Positions 27,543 through 39,458 are shown, counted from the first letter of the stretch. The stretch is 52,658 nucleotides of DNA from Dehalococcoidia bacterium (GCA_011170325.1 DUEX01000015.1:1-52658); one strand, 5' to 3'. Made by a program: numbers and translations. The notes: generated by a model not told the origin, from the letters alone.

Positions 27543-28555
27543 CCGGACTTTCTGACTCCTTTAACCGCCCCATAAACTATCTCCGTATCTCAGTCACCGA
27601 CCGCTGCAACCTTCGCTGTATCTATTGCCTGCCAGCCGAAGGCGCTCGCCTCCGGCCCCACAGCGAAATCCTCACTTACGAGGAAATTACCACTATTGCC
27701 AGACTAGCTGCCGAACTGGGTATTGACAAACTCAGGCTCACCGGTGGTGAGCCGTTGGTCAGAGCCAAACTGACCGAGCTAGTAGCTATGCTAACCAAAA
27801 TAGACACAATCGACGACATATCGATAACCACTAATGGTGCTCTCCTCAAGCACTATGCTCATGAACTCAAACAAGCTGGCTTGCGCCGAGTTAATATTAG
27901 CCTAGATTCTCTAAAGCAAGATAAGTTTGAGCTTATTACCCGCCGCGACATGCTCAAGGAGGTGCTCCAAGGCATCGATGCGGCTAAGGCTGCTGGGCTG
28001 GATCCAGTTAAGATAAACATGGTAGTTATGCATGGCATAAATGATGATGAGATCGTAGATTTCGCTAATTTGACCATCGCTGAAGGCTGGCATGTGCGCT
28101 TTATCGAGTTAATGCCATTCACCACAGATAATCCTCCTGAGGGACATTCAACATGGGGTAAGGCTAGTACCCACTCTCGATTCATGTCTGTTTATGAAAT
28201 AAAGGAACGTCTCAGCAGGTTAGGAAAGCTGAAGCCTTGCCCACCCATTACTGGCAACGGCCCTGCCAAATACTTTCGCTTGCCCCAAGCTACTGGCACC
28301 ATCGGCTTCATCAACCCAATTAGCCAGCACTTCTGTTTCAATTGCAATCGCCTCCGCCTTACTGCTGAAGGTAAACTCCGCCCTTGCCTTCTCAGCGACA
28401 AGGAAACTGACCTCCGCCAGCCGCTACGTGATGGCGCTACGCCTGAAAAACTAAGGCAAATAATAACAGAGGCTGTTCGGACCAAGCCCAAGCAGCACCA
28501 TCTATTCCAAGGGTCTATCCCAAAAAAACGCCTCATGTCCCAAGTAGGAGGTTAA
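27539..28555 (+). CDS. moaA: GTP 3',8-cyclase (molybdenum cofactor biosynthesis radical SAM enzyme)
   Basis: LRISVTDRCNLRCIYC. The C-terminus has the CFNCNRLRLT auxiliary cluster region. ATGA overlap with rdgB. Confidence 0.95.
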   Translation: MTGLSDSFNRPINYLRISVTDRCNLRCIYCLPAEGARLRPHSEILTYEEITTIARLAAELGIDKLRLTGGEPLVRAKLTELVAMLTKIDTIDDISITTNGALLKHYAHELKQAGLRRVNISLDSLKQDKFELITRRDMLKEVLQGIDAAKAAGLDPVKINMVVMHGINDDEIVDFANLTIAEGWHVRFIELMPFTTDNPPEGHSTWGKASTHSRFMSVYEIKERLSRLGKLKPCPPITGNGPAKYFRLPQATGTIGFINPISQHFCFNCNRLRLTAEGKLRPCLLSDKETDLRQPLRDGATPEKLRQIITEAVRTKPKQHHLFQGSIPKKRLMSQVGG

Positions 28556-28557
28556 AG

Positions 28558-29016
28558 ATGAGTTCATCCCCAGATATCCGCATGGTAGACCTTACCGAAA
28601 AACCGGTTACCACTAGACAAGCTGTAGCCAAAGGCAGGGTAGCCATGCAAGCCTCAACTTTAAGCCTGCTCAAAGACGGCAAATTACCTAAAGGAGATGC
28701 CTTAGCCGCCGCTCGTCTAGCTGGCATCATGGCAGCTAAGGAAACCCACCGCCTCATCCCCCTATGCCACCCACTGCTCATTGACAGCATCAGCATTGAA
28801 TTCTCTCTGGATGAACAGACCTCAGCAGCAGAAATCACGGCTACAGTTAAAGGCAGCGGCAAAACTGGCTTTGAGATGGAGGCGTTAACTGCTGTAGCTA
28901 TAAGCGGCCTGACTATTTACGACATGTGCAAAACTGTAGATTCATCACTACGCCTGGAAAATATCCATCTCACAAAGAAAAGCGGTGGCAAAAGCGGTAC
29001 TGTCGTTCTTGAGTAG
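28558..29016 (+). CDS. moaC: Cyclic pyranopterin monophosphate synthase
   Basis: 152 aa. IPLCHPL and GFEMEALTAVA..LTIYDMCK motifs. Confidence 0.95.
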   Translation: MSSSPDIRMVDLTEKPVTTRQAVAKGRVAMQASTLSLLKDGKLPKGDALAAARLAGIMAAKETHRLIPLCHPLLIDSISIEFSLDEQTSAAEITATVKGSGKTGFEMEALTAVAISGLTIYDMCKTVDSSLRLENIHLTKKSGGKSGTVVLE

Positions 29017-29178
29017 CCATCAGAAAAAGCTTGAGGTTCCCCAAAGGAGTATTTACTAACGGTAGATTATCACTCCGGCCCTGTACTCACTGAAGGAAAA
29101 ACCTATAGGCGTATTCTTCTCACTCACAGGGCTCAAGATGGCAAAAACGAAGTTGCTAAACGCTCTGCCTAAAATTGA

Positions 29179-29207
29179 TTGACTTGCTCCAGCAGGCAGG
29201 GTATACT
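29179..29207 (+). promoter_or_regulatory. Near-consensus sigma70-type promoter of dnaN.
   Basis: TTGACT (29179..29184), a 17-nt spacer, then TATACT (29202..29207). GGAGG lies before ATG 29237. Confidence 0.5.
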
Positions 29208-29236
29208 CTTGACACCACAACTGTTGGAGGTATCCA

Positions 29237-30364
29237 ATGAAGCTATCCTGTCTTCAAGAGAACCTTAGTAAAGGATTAAGTATCGTTGGCCGGGCTGTGG
29301 CCACGAGAACCACCTTACCCATAACTCAGAATGTCCTGATAGCCACCGACCAATCCCGCCTCAAGTTATCTGCCACCAACCTAGAGCTGGCAATTAGCTG
29401 CTGGATTGGTGCTAGAGTAGAGGAAGAAGGTGCCATTACCATTCCCGCTCGACTTCTCACTGAATTCATCAGTTCCCTCCCCAACGACCATATTGACATG
29501 GCCCTTACTCAGCATATCCTCCAACTCAAATGCGCCCGCTTTGAAGCGCGAATCAACGGTCTCGATGCTGAAGATTTTCCACCAATCCCTCAGGTTGGCG
29601 ACGGTATAGCTGCCAAGATTGAGGTTGAAGCCCTAAGACAAGGAATCAGTCAAGTCACCTTTGTCGCAGCTACTGAAGAGTCCCGCCCTGTGCTCACTGG
29701 TGTCCAAGTTGAATTTGATGGAGATAAACTCACTCTGGCTGCTGCCGATGGCTTCAGGCTAGCTGTCCATAGTACCGCTCTACTGTCACCAGTTAATGAA
29801 AAGAGTGCCATAATCATCCCGGCACGAGCCCTGAACGAACTAAATCGCTTCCTCACTGACCAAGAAGAACCAGTTGAAATCACCCTAAATGAGCAAAAGA
29901 GCCAGGTCCTATTTCGCCTCAAGAATATAGAAATGGTCTCCCAGCTTATTCAAGGCGCTTTCCCCAGCTACTCCCAGCTCATCCCCCAAAGTTATGTCAC
30001 TCGCGCTGTTGTTGATGTCGCTGAGTTCTTACGAGCCACCAGAATGGCTTCTATCTTCGCCCGCGATGGCAGCGGCATTGTCCGCCTAGCAATCACCCCT
30101 GGCGCTGAGCTTACCCCGGGTAAAATGAATATCTCAGCCCGAGCTGAAGAAATCGGTGATAATGTTGGCGAAATCGATGCTTTAATTGATGGCGAGCCAG
30201 CCAAGATTGCCTTCAATGCCAAATACCTCTCGGATGTCCTGGCTGTTCTTCGTCAAACTCAAGTGGCTCTGGAAACCACTACCCCATCCAGCCCAGGTGT
30301 CATCCGCCCTGTCGGCGTCGACAACTACGTCCACGTCATCATGCCGATGTTCGTGCAATGGTGA
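29237..30364 (+). CDS. dnaN: DNA polymerase III beta sliding clamp
   Basis: 375 aa. MKLSCLQENLSKGLSIVGRAV...TLPI, with the three-domain length and a C-terminal MPMFV. Confidence 0.95.
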   Translation: MKLSCLQENLSKGLSIVGRAVATRTTLPITQNVLIATDQSRLKLSATNLELAISCWIGARVEEEGAITIPARLLTEFISSLPNDHIDMALTQHILQLKCARFEARINGLDAEDFPPIPQVGDGIAAKIEVEALRQGISQVTFVAATEESRPVLTGVQVEFDGDKLTLAAADGFRLAVHSTALLSPVNEKSAIIIPARALNELNRFLTDQEEPVEITLNEQKSQVLFRLKNIEMVSQLIQGAFPSYSQLIPQSYVTRAVVDVAEFLRATRMASIFARDGSGIVRLAITPGAELTPGKMNISARAEEIGDNVGEIDALIDGEPAKIAFNAKYLSDVLAVLRQTQVALETTTPSSPGVIRPVGVDNYVHVIMPMFVQW

Positions 30365-30365
30365 C

Positions 30366-32144
30366 TCAGAATGCCCATAGCCTTGGTATAAGAAGTACCG
30401 CCAGCCCTAAAAATATCAAATTCAGTGGCCCACCAATACGAGTAAAATCAGTAAACCGGTAACCTCCGGGTGCATATACCATAGTATTTGTTTGATAACC
30501 TACTGGCGTTGCAAAACTGGTCGATGCAGCAAACGTTATCGCGACTAAAAATGGTCTAGGGTTTACGTTCATTACTGCTGCTACAGATATCACAATAGGT
30601 GCAAGTATTATGGCAGCGGCATTATTGGACATGACCTCAGTCAGTACGGCAGTCATTAAATACACCAAAGCCAGAACTACAACAGGGTCAAGGCCCATAA
30701 AAGGCGTCAATATTGTGTTTGACAACCATAGAGCAGTCCCACTTTGCTCTAAGGCAAGTCCCAAAGGGATGATACCGCCCAGTAAGAAAATAACTCGCCA
30801 ATCTATGGCGCGATAGGCTTCCTCGATCGTAAGACATCGGCCTAACACCATCCCAATTGCACCTATTAATGCGGCAATTAAAATCGGGACAACATTTAAC
30901 GCAGCCAACGTGACTACTACGCCAAGTATAAGAAATGCAGTGATCGCTCGGTCTCTACGCAGATAAAGTTCGGTCAATTCGTTCGTCACGATTAAATCAC
31001 TAGACTTCATAAGACGAGATAAGTTGTTCTTGTCAACCTGTAATAGCAGTGTATCGCCGCCTTCCAGTTTTATGTCCCTCAAACGATCCCGAATGGTTTT
31101 ACCACGCCTTTGCAGCGCAAGGACTATAGACCTATAACGGCGGTAAAAATTGGCAGTCTCCAAAGTACTACTTATCAGAATCGACCTTGGTGGGATGAGG
31201 GCTTCAACGAGCTGTAACCCATGGGAGCTGATTTTATTGTCATTCATAACAACGTTTGCCTGAGATTCCAGTCCGTATTTATGTTCTAGCTCAATAAGCC
31301 TATCACAATTACCGTGGATCAACAGAATATCGCCTCCTCTAATTTTGGTCCTTGAGGGTCGAGAAGTTGCTTTGTCATCTCGTATTAGGTTTGTAAGGTT
31401 TACATCAGATTCACTACTTGCCTTGCTCCCCTCCCAACTTTTACCGATCAATGAAGAATTCTTGGCAACTCGTACTTCTGCCAAATAGTCTGCAAGACGA
31501 TATCTATCTATCTGTTGAAATTCTCCTTTGTGCTTTGGAAGCATCCATCGAGTCACAAACATTAGATAGATAATCCCAACGGTAGCCATTGCTAGTCCTA
31601 AAGGCGCAAATTCAAATAGGCCAAAGGCATCCATGCCACTTGTTACCGCAATTGAGTTAACCAGGATATTAGTAGAGGTGCCAATCAGGGTGCATACTCC
31701 CCCGAACTGACTTGCAAATGACAGCGGCATTAAGACACGAGAACTAGAGATTTTACGTGATCTAGCAAGCATAACTGCGACTGGAATGAAAATGGCTACT
31801 GTTGCAGTATTTACTACAAATGCTGATAGAGCAGCAATAGAAATGCACAGAACAAAAATAAGCTGTGATTCAGCCTTTCCTGCTAGTTTATCAATTTGGC
31901 GTGCCAGCCAGTCTACTAAACCTGTCCGCACCAATCCTGCACTCAAGATGAACATAGCAGCTACAATCGCCGTTGCCTGATTTGCAAAACCAAAAAGTAC
32001 CTGGTTTGGGCTGATTAATCCTAGTATTACTAATACTAAAAGTATACACAGCGCAATCAAGTCAACCCGAAGTTTAGCGAATATAAAAAGACCCATTGCA
32101 ACGGCGAGCACGGCAAGGGCCATAATAATAGATGTGTCAGGCAT
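30366..32144 (-). CDS. SLC13/DASS-type anion permease with two central TrkA-C (RCK_C) domains.
   Basis: 592 aa. Polytopic halves flank about 200 aa of soluble repeat (GKSWEGS...GDILLIHG and ...GGDTLLLQV). Confidence 0.85.
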   Translation of the reverse strand: MPDTSIIMALAVLAVAMGLFIFAKLRVDLIALCILLVLVILGLISPNQVLFGFANQATAIVAAMFILSAGLVRTGLVDWLARQIDKLAGKAESQLIFVLCISIAALSAFVVNTATVAIFIPVAVMLARSRKISSSRVLMPLSFASQFGGVCTLIGTSTNILVNSIAVTSGMDAFGLFEFAPLGLAMATVGIIYLMFVTRWMLPKHKGEFQQIDRYRLADYLAEVRVAKNSSLIGKSWEGSKASSESDVNLTNLIRDDKATSRPSRTKIRGGDILLIHGNCDRLIELEHKYGLESQANVVMNDNKISSHGLQLVEALIPPRSILISSTLETANFYRRYRSIVLALQRRGKTIRDRLRDIKLEGGDTLLLQVDKNNLSRLMKSSDLIVTNELTELYLRRDRAITAFLILGVVVTLAALNVVPILIAALIGAIGMVLGRCLTIEEAYRAIDWRVIFLLGGIIPLGLALEQSGTALWLSNTILTPFMGLDPVVVLALVYLMTAVLTEVMSNNAAAIILAPIVISVAAVMNVNPRPFLVAITFAASTSFATPVGYQTNTMVYAPGGYRFTDFTRIGGPLNLIFLGLAVLLIPRLWAF

Positions 32145-32466
32145 ATCTAGCTTGCTATACGGAAGATGATTTTGATCCTACTCATAGTTCGAAAGAAATC
32201 GACTACACTAATCTTAACTATGATATCATAACAACAGTTTTTTGAGGTATATAAGAAAACGAATTGATGGTTTTCCATATTGTGGCATAATATATTAAAT
32301 CCATCCTTTACGGAATATCAACTAGAAAGCATTACTCGAGTTAGCAATTAAATTCTACCTAATGTTTTGTCCTGCCTAGAGGATGCTATTCTCACCTGGT
32401 GGTGTAGGCTCAGTTTAGCGTGATGAGCACGCCTTTAATTTGATGCCCCATTGAAATCCCCCAGGC

Positions 32467-33753
32467 CTATATCTCTCCCTCGAGGCGGTTGATGACCAGG
32501 CCGGTGGGCAATTTGGGATAAAAGTAAGTTGACTTCCCTGGCATTCTGTCATTGACATCGGCGATTGCCTTAATAGCCGTCACCGGGATGGGGTTCAGCA
32601 AAAAAGCCAGCTGATACTGGCCACTTTCTACCATCTGTCGGGCTTGCTCAGCATCAGGGGTGTAGGCAACGCCGTCAGCCTCACCCGAACAGCCAAGCAA
32701 ATTCTCCATAATAAGATGCTGGACAATACTAACATCCAGTTTTTTGTAAACTTCGGAGTGGTGCTCAGGCATTATTTCCTCAAGGGACACGGACTGGCGA
32801 AGCGTCAAGGCCACAACACTGCCTAACTTCAACCCCAAGACCTTTATAGCTGTTCCTGCCACATCAGGCAATCCAGTTTCACCCAAGGGAAAGGACTTCA
32901 TCTCAAAAAAGGTTTCTAGCCGGTCTCTGAACTCAGTCAGGGCTTGAGGAGATATACCACGCACTAGGCGGTGGATAGGCAAAACAATAAGCCACGGTTC
33001 AGAGAAAGGTACCAACGTCATCATTACAAAATTGAAAGACTCATTGCCAGTTATTGATGAGAGCCCACATTGTCTTTGCCGCTGGTAGGCTAATGCTGTC
33101 TCGTAGCGGTGATGCCCATCGGCGATGTAAATGGGCTTTGGAGCTAGGAAATGGCTAACTCTTTGAACAAATTCAGGTTCGCTAGCCATCCAAAGCTGAT
33201 GCGTCTCACCAGCCTCGGTAAAATCAACCAGTGGCTTGCGCTTCGTCTGCAAAACCAATAACTGGGTGACTTTCTGCCCCGGGTCTTCATAAAGGCCAAA
33301 GAGTGGACTAAAGTTAGCGGCACAAGCTTGCATCAACTCCAAACGGTCACTTTTAATCCCGGACACCGTATTTTCATGAGGAAATACAACCTTGCTCTCC
33401 CATGACTCCAACTTAACACAAGCCATTAGCCCCCTACGCCTTTTCCTGATATTTTGATAGCTGAAGGTATGCTCGTGAATGTAAAAAACGGGTACAGTGT
33501 CAGCATGCAGAATACCATCTTTTAGCCACCGGTTGAAGGTGGCATTGGCTCGGCTATGTTTGGCATTCATCTTCGTATCTTCAGGCAGCTCCATCCCGTG
33601 CTCAAGGCGAATGACATTGTAATCACTTTTCTGGTAATAATATCTTTGTTCTTCAGGAGAAATGACATCATAAGGTGGGCAGATAACTGCTGCCAAATCC
33701 TCAATTATCTTCTGATTGTAGCGTATACCTCGAAAAGGATGAACTTCAGCCAA
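32467..33753 (-). CDS. DUF1015 domain protein
   Basis: 428 aa. MAEVHPFRGIRYN and IADGHHRYETA motifs. Confidence 0.85.
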   Translation of the reverse strand: MAEVHPFRGIRYNQKIIEDLAAVICPPYDVISPEEQRYYYQKSDYNVIRLEHGMELPEDTKMNAKHSRANATFNRWLKDGILHADTVPVFYIHEHTFSYQNIRKRRRGLMACVKLESWESKVVFPHENTVSGIKSDRLELMQACAANFSPLFGLYEDPGQKVTQLLVLQTKRKPLVDFTEAGETHQLWMASEPEFVQRVSHFLAPKPIYIADGHHRYETALAYQRQRQCGLSSITGNESFNFVMMTLVPFSEPWLIVLPIHRLVRGISPQALTEFRDRLETFFEMKSFPLGETGLPDVAGTAIKVLGLKLGSVVALTLRQSVSLEEIMPEHHSEVYKKLDVSIVQHLIMENLLGCSGEADGVAYTPDAEQARQMVESGQYQLAFLLNPIPVTAIKAIADVNDRMPGKSTYFYPKLPTGLVINRLEGEI

Positions 33754-33774
33754 ATCGCTTCCTTCTAAAATTAT

Positions 33775-35982
33775 TTACTGATACTTTTCGAGTCCTCCCC
33801 ACCAAACCTCTCTCGCCTCCTCCAAGGACAGGTCTATATAGCCTTCTATTATGAAACGCCCACCACCCACCACGCCTAATTTCCTCACCGGCACCTGCCA
33901 CTTAGATGCAATCGCCTCTAATTTTGCCGCCAACTTTGGAGCCACTGAGACCACAATCCGCGACTGCGCCTCTCCAAAAAGAGCCGCATCAAGCCTTCCT
34001 TCCAAGTTCCAGCTTCGGCTATTGAAGCCAAGGCCACCAAGCAGGCAGCTCTCGGCTAGACTAACTGCCAGCCCACCTTCAGAGCAATCATGAGCTGAGT
34101 TGATGATACCCCTCTTTATTGCCTCAAGACAGCAACGGTGTAACCGTTTTTCCAGATCCAAATCAATAGAAGGGCTTCCCTTTACCAAGCTATGGACTAG
34201 TTCCAGATATTCGCTGCCACCGAGGCTGGAATCAACTGTCCTGTTATCCCCAAGCAAGAATACCAAGTCGCCTTCTTCCTTGAACCCCGAAGCGCAATGC
34301 CTGGTTACATCCTCAATAAGCCCTACCATTCCCACTACCGGGGTCGGATATATGGCTTCATCTCTAGTCTCATTATAAAGGCTGACATTACCGCTGATGA
34401 CTGGAATCCTTAGCTTACGGCAGGCTCGAGCCATACCGGCAATGCATTCCTTCAACTGATAATAGATGTCATCCCTTTCGGGATTGCCCAGGTTAAGGCA
34501 GTCGGTAATAGCTAAAGGCTGAGCGCCACTGCAGGCCGAGTTTCTGGCAGCTTCAGCTACAGTAATAGCACCACTAACATAGGGATTAAGATAGCAATAA
34601 CGTCCATTACCATCAGTGGTCAATGAAATAGCCTTCTTTGTCCCTTTAAGGCGTAATACCGCAGCGTCATTGCCAGGCAGGACTACAGCATTATCTCCTA
34701 CCTGGTGGTCATACTGACGATACACGCTGTGCCTACTGGCGATGTTAGGCGATGCTAGTAGACGGAGAAGAACAGGACCGACTTCCCTTGGTGATAAATC
34801 AGGGACAGAAGTCACGTTGAAGGACTGCAATTCGTCAAGCCAGCGTGGCTTTTTGACCCGCCGCCGGTAAAGAGGTGGTGAGGTCAGCAGATTCATCGGC
34901 ACCTCAGCCACCACCTTTTCCCCTTCCTTAATCCTGGCCAAGCCATCCACAGTTACCTGCCCAATTACATCCGAGTGTAGCTCCCAATGGTCGAAGACCG
35001 CCCTTACCTTATCCTGATAACCCTTTTTTACAATCACCAACATCCTTTCCTGGGACTCTGACAGCATAACCTCATAAGGAGTCATGCCTTTCTCACGGCG
35101 AGGTACCTTGAGGACATCGATTTCAATGCCACCCTTACCTCTAGCTGCTGATTCCACAGCAGCGCTAGTCAAGCCAGCAGCGCCTAAATCCTGCATGCCA
35201 GCAATCCAATCGGTCTCAGCCAACTCAAGGCAAGCCTCGATAAGCAGTTTCTCCAAGAAGGGATTGCCGACCTGGACTGTTGGCCTTAACTCCCGTTCCT
35301 CCTCGAATGTCCTCGATGCCAGACCGGAAGCTCCGTGAAGTCCATCACGGCCGGTATCAGCTCCAACTAGCATCAGTAGGTTGCCTTCTCCATAAGCTCG
35401 TGCCTTCACTAGGTTCTTACCTTCAGCAACACCCAGACATAAAGCGTTGACCAGTGGGTTAGCCGAATAGCAATCGGCAAAAAAGACCTCACCACCCATG
35501 TCTGGTATCCCTAGACAATTGCCATAGCTAGCAATACCACCAACCACTCCACCGAAAAGATATCGATTGTGAAGGTCGCTCAAAGGACCGAAGCGAAGGG
35601 AATTAAGCAAGGCAATCGGTCGAGCTCCCATAGTAAAAATGTCCCGCACGATACCCCCCACCCCAGTAGCTGCTCCCTGATACGGCTCGATTGCTGAGGG
35701 ATGATTATGAGACTCTATCTTCATCACTAATACCAGCCCATCGCCAATGTCCACTACCCCGGCATTTTCTTCCCCTGGCCTAACCATCACTCGCTGCCCA
35801 CCCAATGGCAAGTGTTTGAGCAAGGCTTTGGAGTGCTTGTAGCCGCAATGCTCACTCCACAGCGAACCAAACATCCCTAACTCCACCTCACTTGGCTCTC
35901 TGCCAAGCCTTTCCACTATAAGCTGGTACTCACGCCGGCTTAGAGCGATTTTATCAAGGATTTCTTTAGAGATGGACAACAA
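33775..35982 (-). CDS. purL: Phosphoribosylformylglycinamidine synthase subunit PurL
   Basis: 735 aa with a TTG start. [11 protein letters not shown] and the duplicated AIR-synthase-like domains. Confidence 0.96.
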   Translation of the reverse strand: MLSISKEILDKIALSRREYQLIVERLGREPSEVELGMFGSLWSEHCGYKHSKALLKHLPLGGQRVMVRPGEENAGVVDIGDGLVLVMKIESHNHPSAIEPYQGAATGVGGIVRDIFTMGARPIALLNSLRFGPLSDLHNRYLFGGVVGGIASYGNCLGIPDMGGEVFFADCYSANPLVNALCLGVAEGKNLVKARAYGEGNLLMLVGADTGRDGLHGASGLASRTFEEERELRPTVQVGNPFLEKLLIEACLELAETDWIAGMQDLGAAGLTSAAVESAARGKGGIEIDVLKVPRREKGMTPYEVMLSESQERMLVIVKKGYQDKVRAVFDHWELHSDVIGQVTVDGLARIKEGEKVVAEVPMNLLTSPPLYRRRVKKPRWLDELQSFNVTSVPDLSPREVGPVLLRLLASPNIASRHSVYRQYDHQVGDNAVVLPGNDAAVLRLKGTKKAISLTTDGNGRYCYLNPYVSGAITVAEAARNSACSGAQPLAITDCLNLGNPERDDIYYQLKECIAGMARACRKLRIPVISGNVSLYNETRDEAIYPTPVVGMVGLIEDVTRHCASGFKEEGDLVFLLGDNRTVDSSLGGSEYLELVHSLVKGSPSIDLDLEKRLHRCCLEAIKRGIINSAHDCSEGGLAVSLAESCLLGGLGFNSRSWNLEGRLDAALFGEAQSRIVVSVAPKLAAKLEAIASKWQVPVRKLGVVGGGRFIIEGYIDLSLEEAREVWWGGLEKYQ

Positions 35983-36652
35983 TCGACTCCCAGATTAGGT
36001 TACCATCGTTGCTACCGAGGATTGGCTCACAGGCACGCTCAGGATGGGGCATCATACCCAGGACATTGCCCTTTTTATTGATAATACCGGCGATATTGTG
36101 CAAAGAGCCGTTAGGGTTAGCCGCCTCGGTTATATCACCTGTTGAGGTTGAGTAGCGGAAAACAACGCAGTTATTGGCTTCTAGCTCGGCCAGAGTGACA
36201 TCATCGGCGTAATACCTACCTTCATAATGAGAAATAGGCATCCTTAGCACCTGCTCCCCTTTACATTGTGAGGTGAAAGGCGATGAATTATTCTCCACCT
36301 TAAGCTGAACGCGTTGACACCGGTATTGGAGGTGGTCATTGCGTAACAACGCCCCGGGAAGGAGTCCAGCTTCGCACAAGACCTGAAAGCCGTTGCAAAT
36401 GCCGATGACCAACCTGTCTTGGCAGACAAAACGTTCAATTGATGCCATTACAGGAGAAAAGCGAGCGATGGCTCCAGGTCGCAGATAATCACCGTAGGAA
36501 AAGCCACCGGGTAGAATAATGCAATCATACTTAGAAAGGTCAGTCTCCTTATGCCAGATGTAGTCAACTTCCTGCCCCAGAACATCGTTAAGGGCATAAT
36601 AACAATCCCTATCACTCCAAGTACCGGGAAAAACGACTATACCGAATTTCAC
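35966..36652 (-). CDS. purQ: Phosphoribosylformylglycinamidine synthase glutaminase subunit PurQ
   Basis: 228 aa with a GTG start. [32 protein letters not shown]. Confidence 0.95.
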   Translation of the reverse strand: MKFGIVVFPGTWSDRDCYYALNDVLGQEVDYIWHKETDLSKYDCIILPGGFSYGDYLRPGAIARFSPVMASIERFVCQDRLVIGICNGFQVLCEAGLLPGALLRNDHLQYRCQRVQLKVENNSSPFTSQCKGEQVLRMPISHYEGRYYADDVTLAELEANNCVVFRYSTSTGDITEAANPNGSLHNIAGIINKKGNVLGMMPHPERACEPILGSNDGNLIWESIVVHL

Positions 36653-36663
36653 AATTACTACTC

Positions 36664-36694
36664 TAAATAAAAATAGCGGCGGTCTTTGCCGCCG
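36664..36694 (-). terminator. Rho-independent terminator after rpsU-yqeY.
   Basis: The minus strand reads CGGCGG-caaaga-CCGCCG followed by ctatttttattta. Confidence 0.5.
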
Positions 36695-36732
36695 AATACT
36701 CTTTTAACTGGGTAGAGGGTAACATCCCATAC

Positions 36733-37182
36733 TCAGGTACTACTCAAAAGCTCTGAGACTACAGCACTCACTTCTTGTCCTTCAGCTCTCCCCTTCAATT
36801 GAGGCATAAGCTGAGACATAACTTTACCTTTCTCGCTTGTGCTTGTTGCCCCTAGTTCATCGATAACCCTACGAGCTGCAGTTACAATATCCTCATGGCT
36901 CATCTGCTCAGGGAGATACTCCAAAAGGATAGCCAACTCTGCCTTCTCTTGTGCCACTAAGTCCTGGCGGTTCCCCTGCTCGAAAGCCTTAATGCTCTCA
37001 TGTCGCTGCTTGGCTTCCTTCCCTATAACACCTAATATGCCAGCCTCATCTAAAGTCCTCTGTTGGGCAATCTCGGCATTCTTTATACTGGCTAGAACCA
37101 GACGGAGCACTAAACACCGCACTTTGTCCTCTTGCCTGATTGCCTGTTCGAGGTCGTTTCTAATTCTTTGAGCCAGAGTCAC
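36733..37182 (-). CDS. GatB/YqeY domain protein
   Basis: 149 aa. ...RLVLASIKNAEI...AELAILLEYLPEQMS... This family is commonly paired with rpsU. Confidence 0.85.
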   Translation of the reverse strand: MTLAQRIRNDLEQAIRQEDKVRCLVLRLVLASIKNAEIAQQRTLDEAGILGVIGKEAKQRHESIKAFEQGNRQDLVAQEKAELAILLEYLPEQMSHEDIVTAARRVIDELGATSTSEKGKVMSQLMPQLKGRAEGQEVSAVVSELLSST

Positions 37183-37185
37183 TTT

Positions 37186-37368
37186 CTACCCACCCCTAGC
37201 GCTTTTGCGTCGCTTTACCGCTTCCTTCCGCTTCCGCTTTACGCTAGGCTTCTCATAAGATCCGCGGCGACGGACTTCGCTAAGTATGCCTTCTTGCTGT
37301 ACCTTCCTGCTAAACCGCCGCAGCAAACTCTCAAAATTCTCCCCTTCACCAAGCCTCACTTCAAGCAC
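37186..37368 (-). CDS. rpsU: 30S ribosomal protein S21
   Basis: 60 aa. GTG start after AAGGAG. NFESLLRRFSRKVQQEGILSEVRRR..YEKPS.KRK. Confidence 0.93.
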   Translation of the reverse strand: MLEVRLGEGENFESLLRRFSRKVQQEGILSEVRRRGSYEKPSVKRKRKEAVKRRKSARGG

Positions 37369-37524
37369 ATAGCATCACTCCTTCCTTATAACTTCCTAAT
37401 TCAGTTAGTTGCCTGGATTGTAAACCAAATTAATTGATAAATTTTAGCCTGTCTACCTAGCGGTGTCAAATCGAGCGTTAAGCCCGTTGCTCAGAACCCA
37501 CCCTATCAAGTATACTAATCTTGC

Positions 37525-37599
37525 GCCAGCGTAGCTCAGGGGTAGAGCAGCGGTTTCGTAAACCGCCGGTCGTCAGTTCGAATCTGACCGCTGGCTCCA
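37525..37599 (+). tRNA. tRNA-Thr (anticodon CGT), CCA encoded.
   Basis: Manual cloverleaf. Acceptor gccagcg/cgctggc. D arm gctc-agggg-taga-gc. Anticodon stem gcggt/accgc with loop ttCGTaa. T arm gtcag-ttcgaat-ctgac. Discriminator t followed by cca. Confidence 0.93.
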
Positions 37600-37741
37600 A
37601 GCACACACGAGTATATCAGGCTGGTTATGGCAGATTTCGCCGGAGCGCAGGCTCAACGTAGGGATAGGGAATTGTGAAAACTAGTGAGCAACTGCGTCCA
37701 ATACTAGCGTGATAAAAACGTGAAGCGAGAGGGATAAAACG

Positions 37742-38872
37742 TTGCTAAGCGAGGATATAAAAGATTTCGGCCTTGACCTGGGATACAGCAGGGTCGGTAT
37801 TACCACAGCCGATAGCTTCCCCAGCTACATCGAAGAGCTTAAGGCCAGATATGAAATGTATGCCTGGTATATTGAAGGTTCCTTTCAACCGCTCAAGGGG
37901 GCCGAGCCCAGGATCATTATGCCATCGGCCAAGTCAATTATCGTAGCTGTCTATGATGGCTCCAAGGAATCCTTTCCTGAAAAGCTTGTTGGCAAGATAG
38001 GAAGATTATACCAGTCAAGATGTTATCTGGCACCCCGCCACCGCATTAACGGAGCCCGCCGTCAACTCATGCGAGACTTCCTAGAGAGAAATGGGTGTGA
38101 AGTGGCCCAACGTCTTGTTGTTCCCGAGCGGTTGACAGCAGCCAGAGCTGGTATCGTGACTTATGGTAAAAATACTTTCGCCTTCGCCGATGGCATAGGA
38201 TCGTTCATCCTAATGACAGCTTTCATCGTTGATGCTAAACTTAAATACGATGAGCCCACAATTGACGTAGAGTGCCCACCCAAATGCACGGCCTGCATTG
38301 ATGCCTGTCCCACCGGAGCCCTCTATGAACCTCTGAAGATGAACCCACGCCGCTGCATAGCTTATAACTCCTTCATGACTCAGGACAGCCTCCCAGCAGG
38401 AACCACAACCGACATACCACCGGAAATCAGAGACAAGATGGGTACCTGGATTCATGGCTGCGATATTTGTCAAGAGGTGTGCCCTAGAAACCAGAAAAGG
38501 CTAAAGGCAAAGCTACCCGAGAACGAGTTCCTAGCCAAAGTAGCGAAGGATTTTGAGCTTACCAAGCTTCTGAACCTCACCGATGAGTTCTATACAAAGA
38601 GGGTACAGCCGCTGATGTATAACTATATCAGAGAAAAAAAGTACTTCCAGAGAAACGCAGCCATCGCGCTTGGCAATACAGGAGACCCGACATATATCAC
38701 CGACTTGGCCAAGGCAATGCAGGATCCAGATGAGTTGGTGCGTGGCTACTCTGCCTGGGCTCTAGGCAAGATTGGGGGCAGCCAAGCAAAGCGAATTCTT
38801 GAAGCCAGTTTGGCACGTGAAACAGCGGAATCAGCCAGAAAGGAAATTGAGGCTGCTCTGCTCACTGCCTAA
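37742..38872 (+). CDS. queG: Epoxyqueuosine reductase (B12/4Fe-4S) with C-terminal HEAT repeats
   Basis: 376 aa with a TTG start. CTACIDACPTGAL and HGCDICQEVCPRN ferredoxin motifs. The C-terminus is NAAIALGNTGDP...DPDELVRGYSAWALGKIG. Confidence 0.85.
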   Translation: MLSEDIKDFGLDLGYSRVGITTADSFPSYIEELKARYEMYAWYIEGSFQPLKGAEPRIIMPSAKSIIVAVYDGSKESFPEKLVGKIGRLYQSRCYLAPRHRINGARRQLMRDFLERNGCEVAQRLVVPERLTAARAGIVTYGKNTFAFADGIGSFILMTAFIVDAKLKYDEPTIDVECPPKCTACIDACPTGALYEPLKMNPRRCIAYNSFMTQDSLPAGTTTDIPPEIRDKMGTWIHGCDICQEVCPRNQKRLKAKLPENEFLAKVAKDFELTKLLNLTDEFYTKRVQPLMYNYIREKKYFQRNAAIALGNTGDPTYITDLAKAMQDPDELVRGYSAWALGKIGGSQAKRILEASLARETAESARKEIEAALLTA

Positions 38873-39458
38873 GCTGTAGCCTGAGCCAGCTTACTATCAG
38901 ATAACTACTCCGAGTACACAGAGATGTATATTACAAACTTTACCATAATTGTATGGCGGTCTCTTATCGAAACAATGCTAAGACAGTGCTATCTTCTTAT
39001 GCGTGTTCATACACTATTACCACACCCATTTGCGGCATCCATTTAGACGAAAAGAGGATGGTAGACCCATGAACAAAAGTCCAAAATGTGCAGCTTGGGG
39101 CCGCAAAAGGTATATCTTGCTACTTAGCCAAGGCTCGCCACAAGAGTAAATAGCACTTCTTTGTGTGTCTTGGTTAATGTATAACACCAAGCAGTATGCT
39201 AACATTGCCGGAATTGAGTTTTGATGTAATAGGGTGATGGCTAAATTGGTGCGTATTCCATTTTGCTTTAGCTAAATGTATAATCAGGCCAAGTATCGCC
39301 CACCCAGGCAGACTTGGACAGGGCACAACTTAACAGTGTTTTAAGGTAGACTCGCCTCGAGGCCACATTCTGTTAAACTCCTATAGAATACAGTCCGATG
39401 ATACAAGTAGAGCCAGTCTCGGTTATGTGTTACCTTCATCAACTTTAACGGAGAAATA

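Noticed and set aside
29017-29236. Possible oriC or DnaA-box cluster upstream of dnaN.
   Set aside because: There is only one weak TTATCAC-like word, no dnaA gene, no AT-rich unwinding element and no box array. A plain consensus promoter explains the spacer.
30366-32466. The SLC13 permease gene and its upstream spacer look more AT-rich than the neighbours, which could indicate horizontal acquisition.
   Set aside because: This was judged by eye only. Membrane-protein codon bias could explain it, and there are no flanking repeats or mobility genes.
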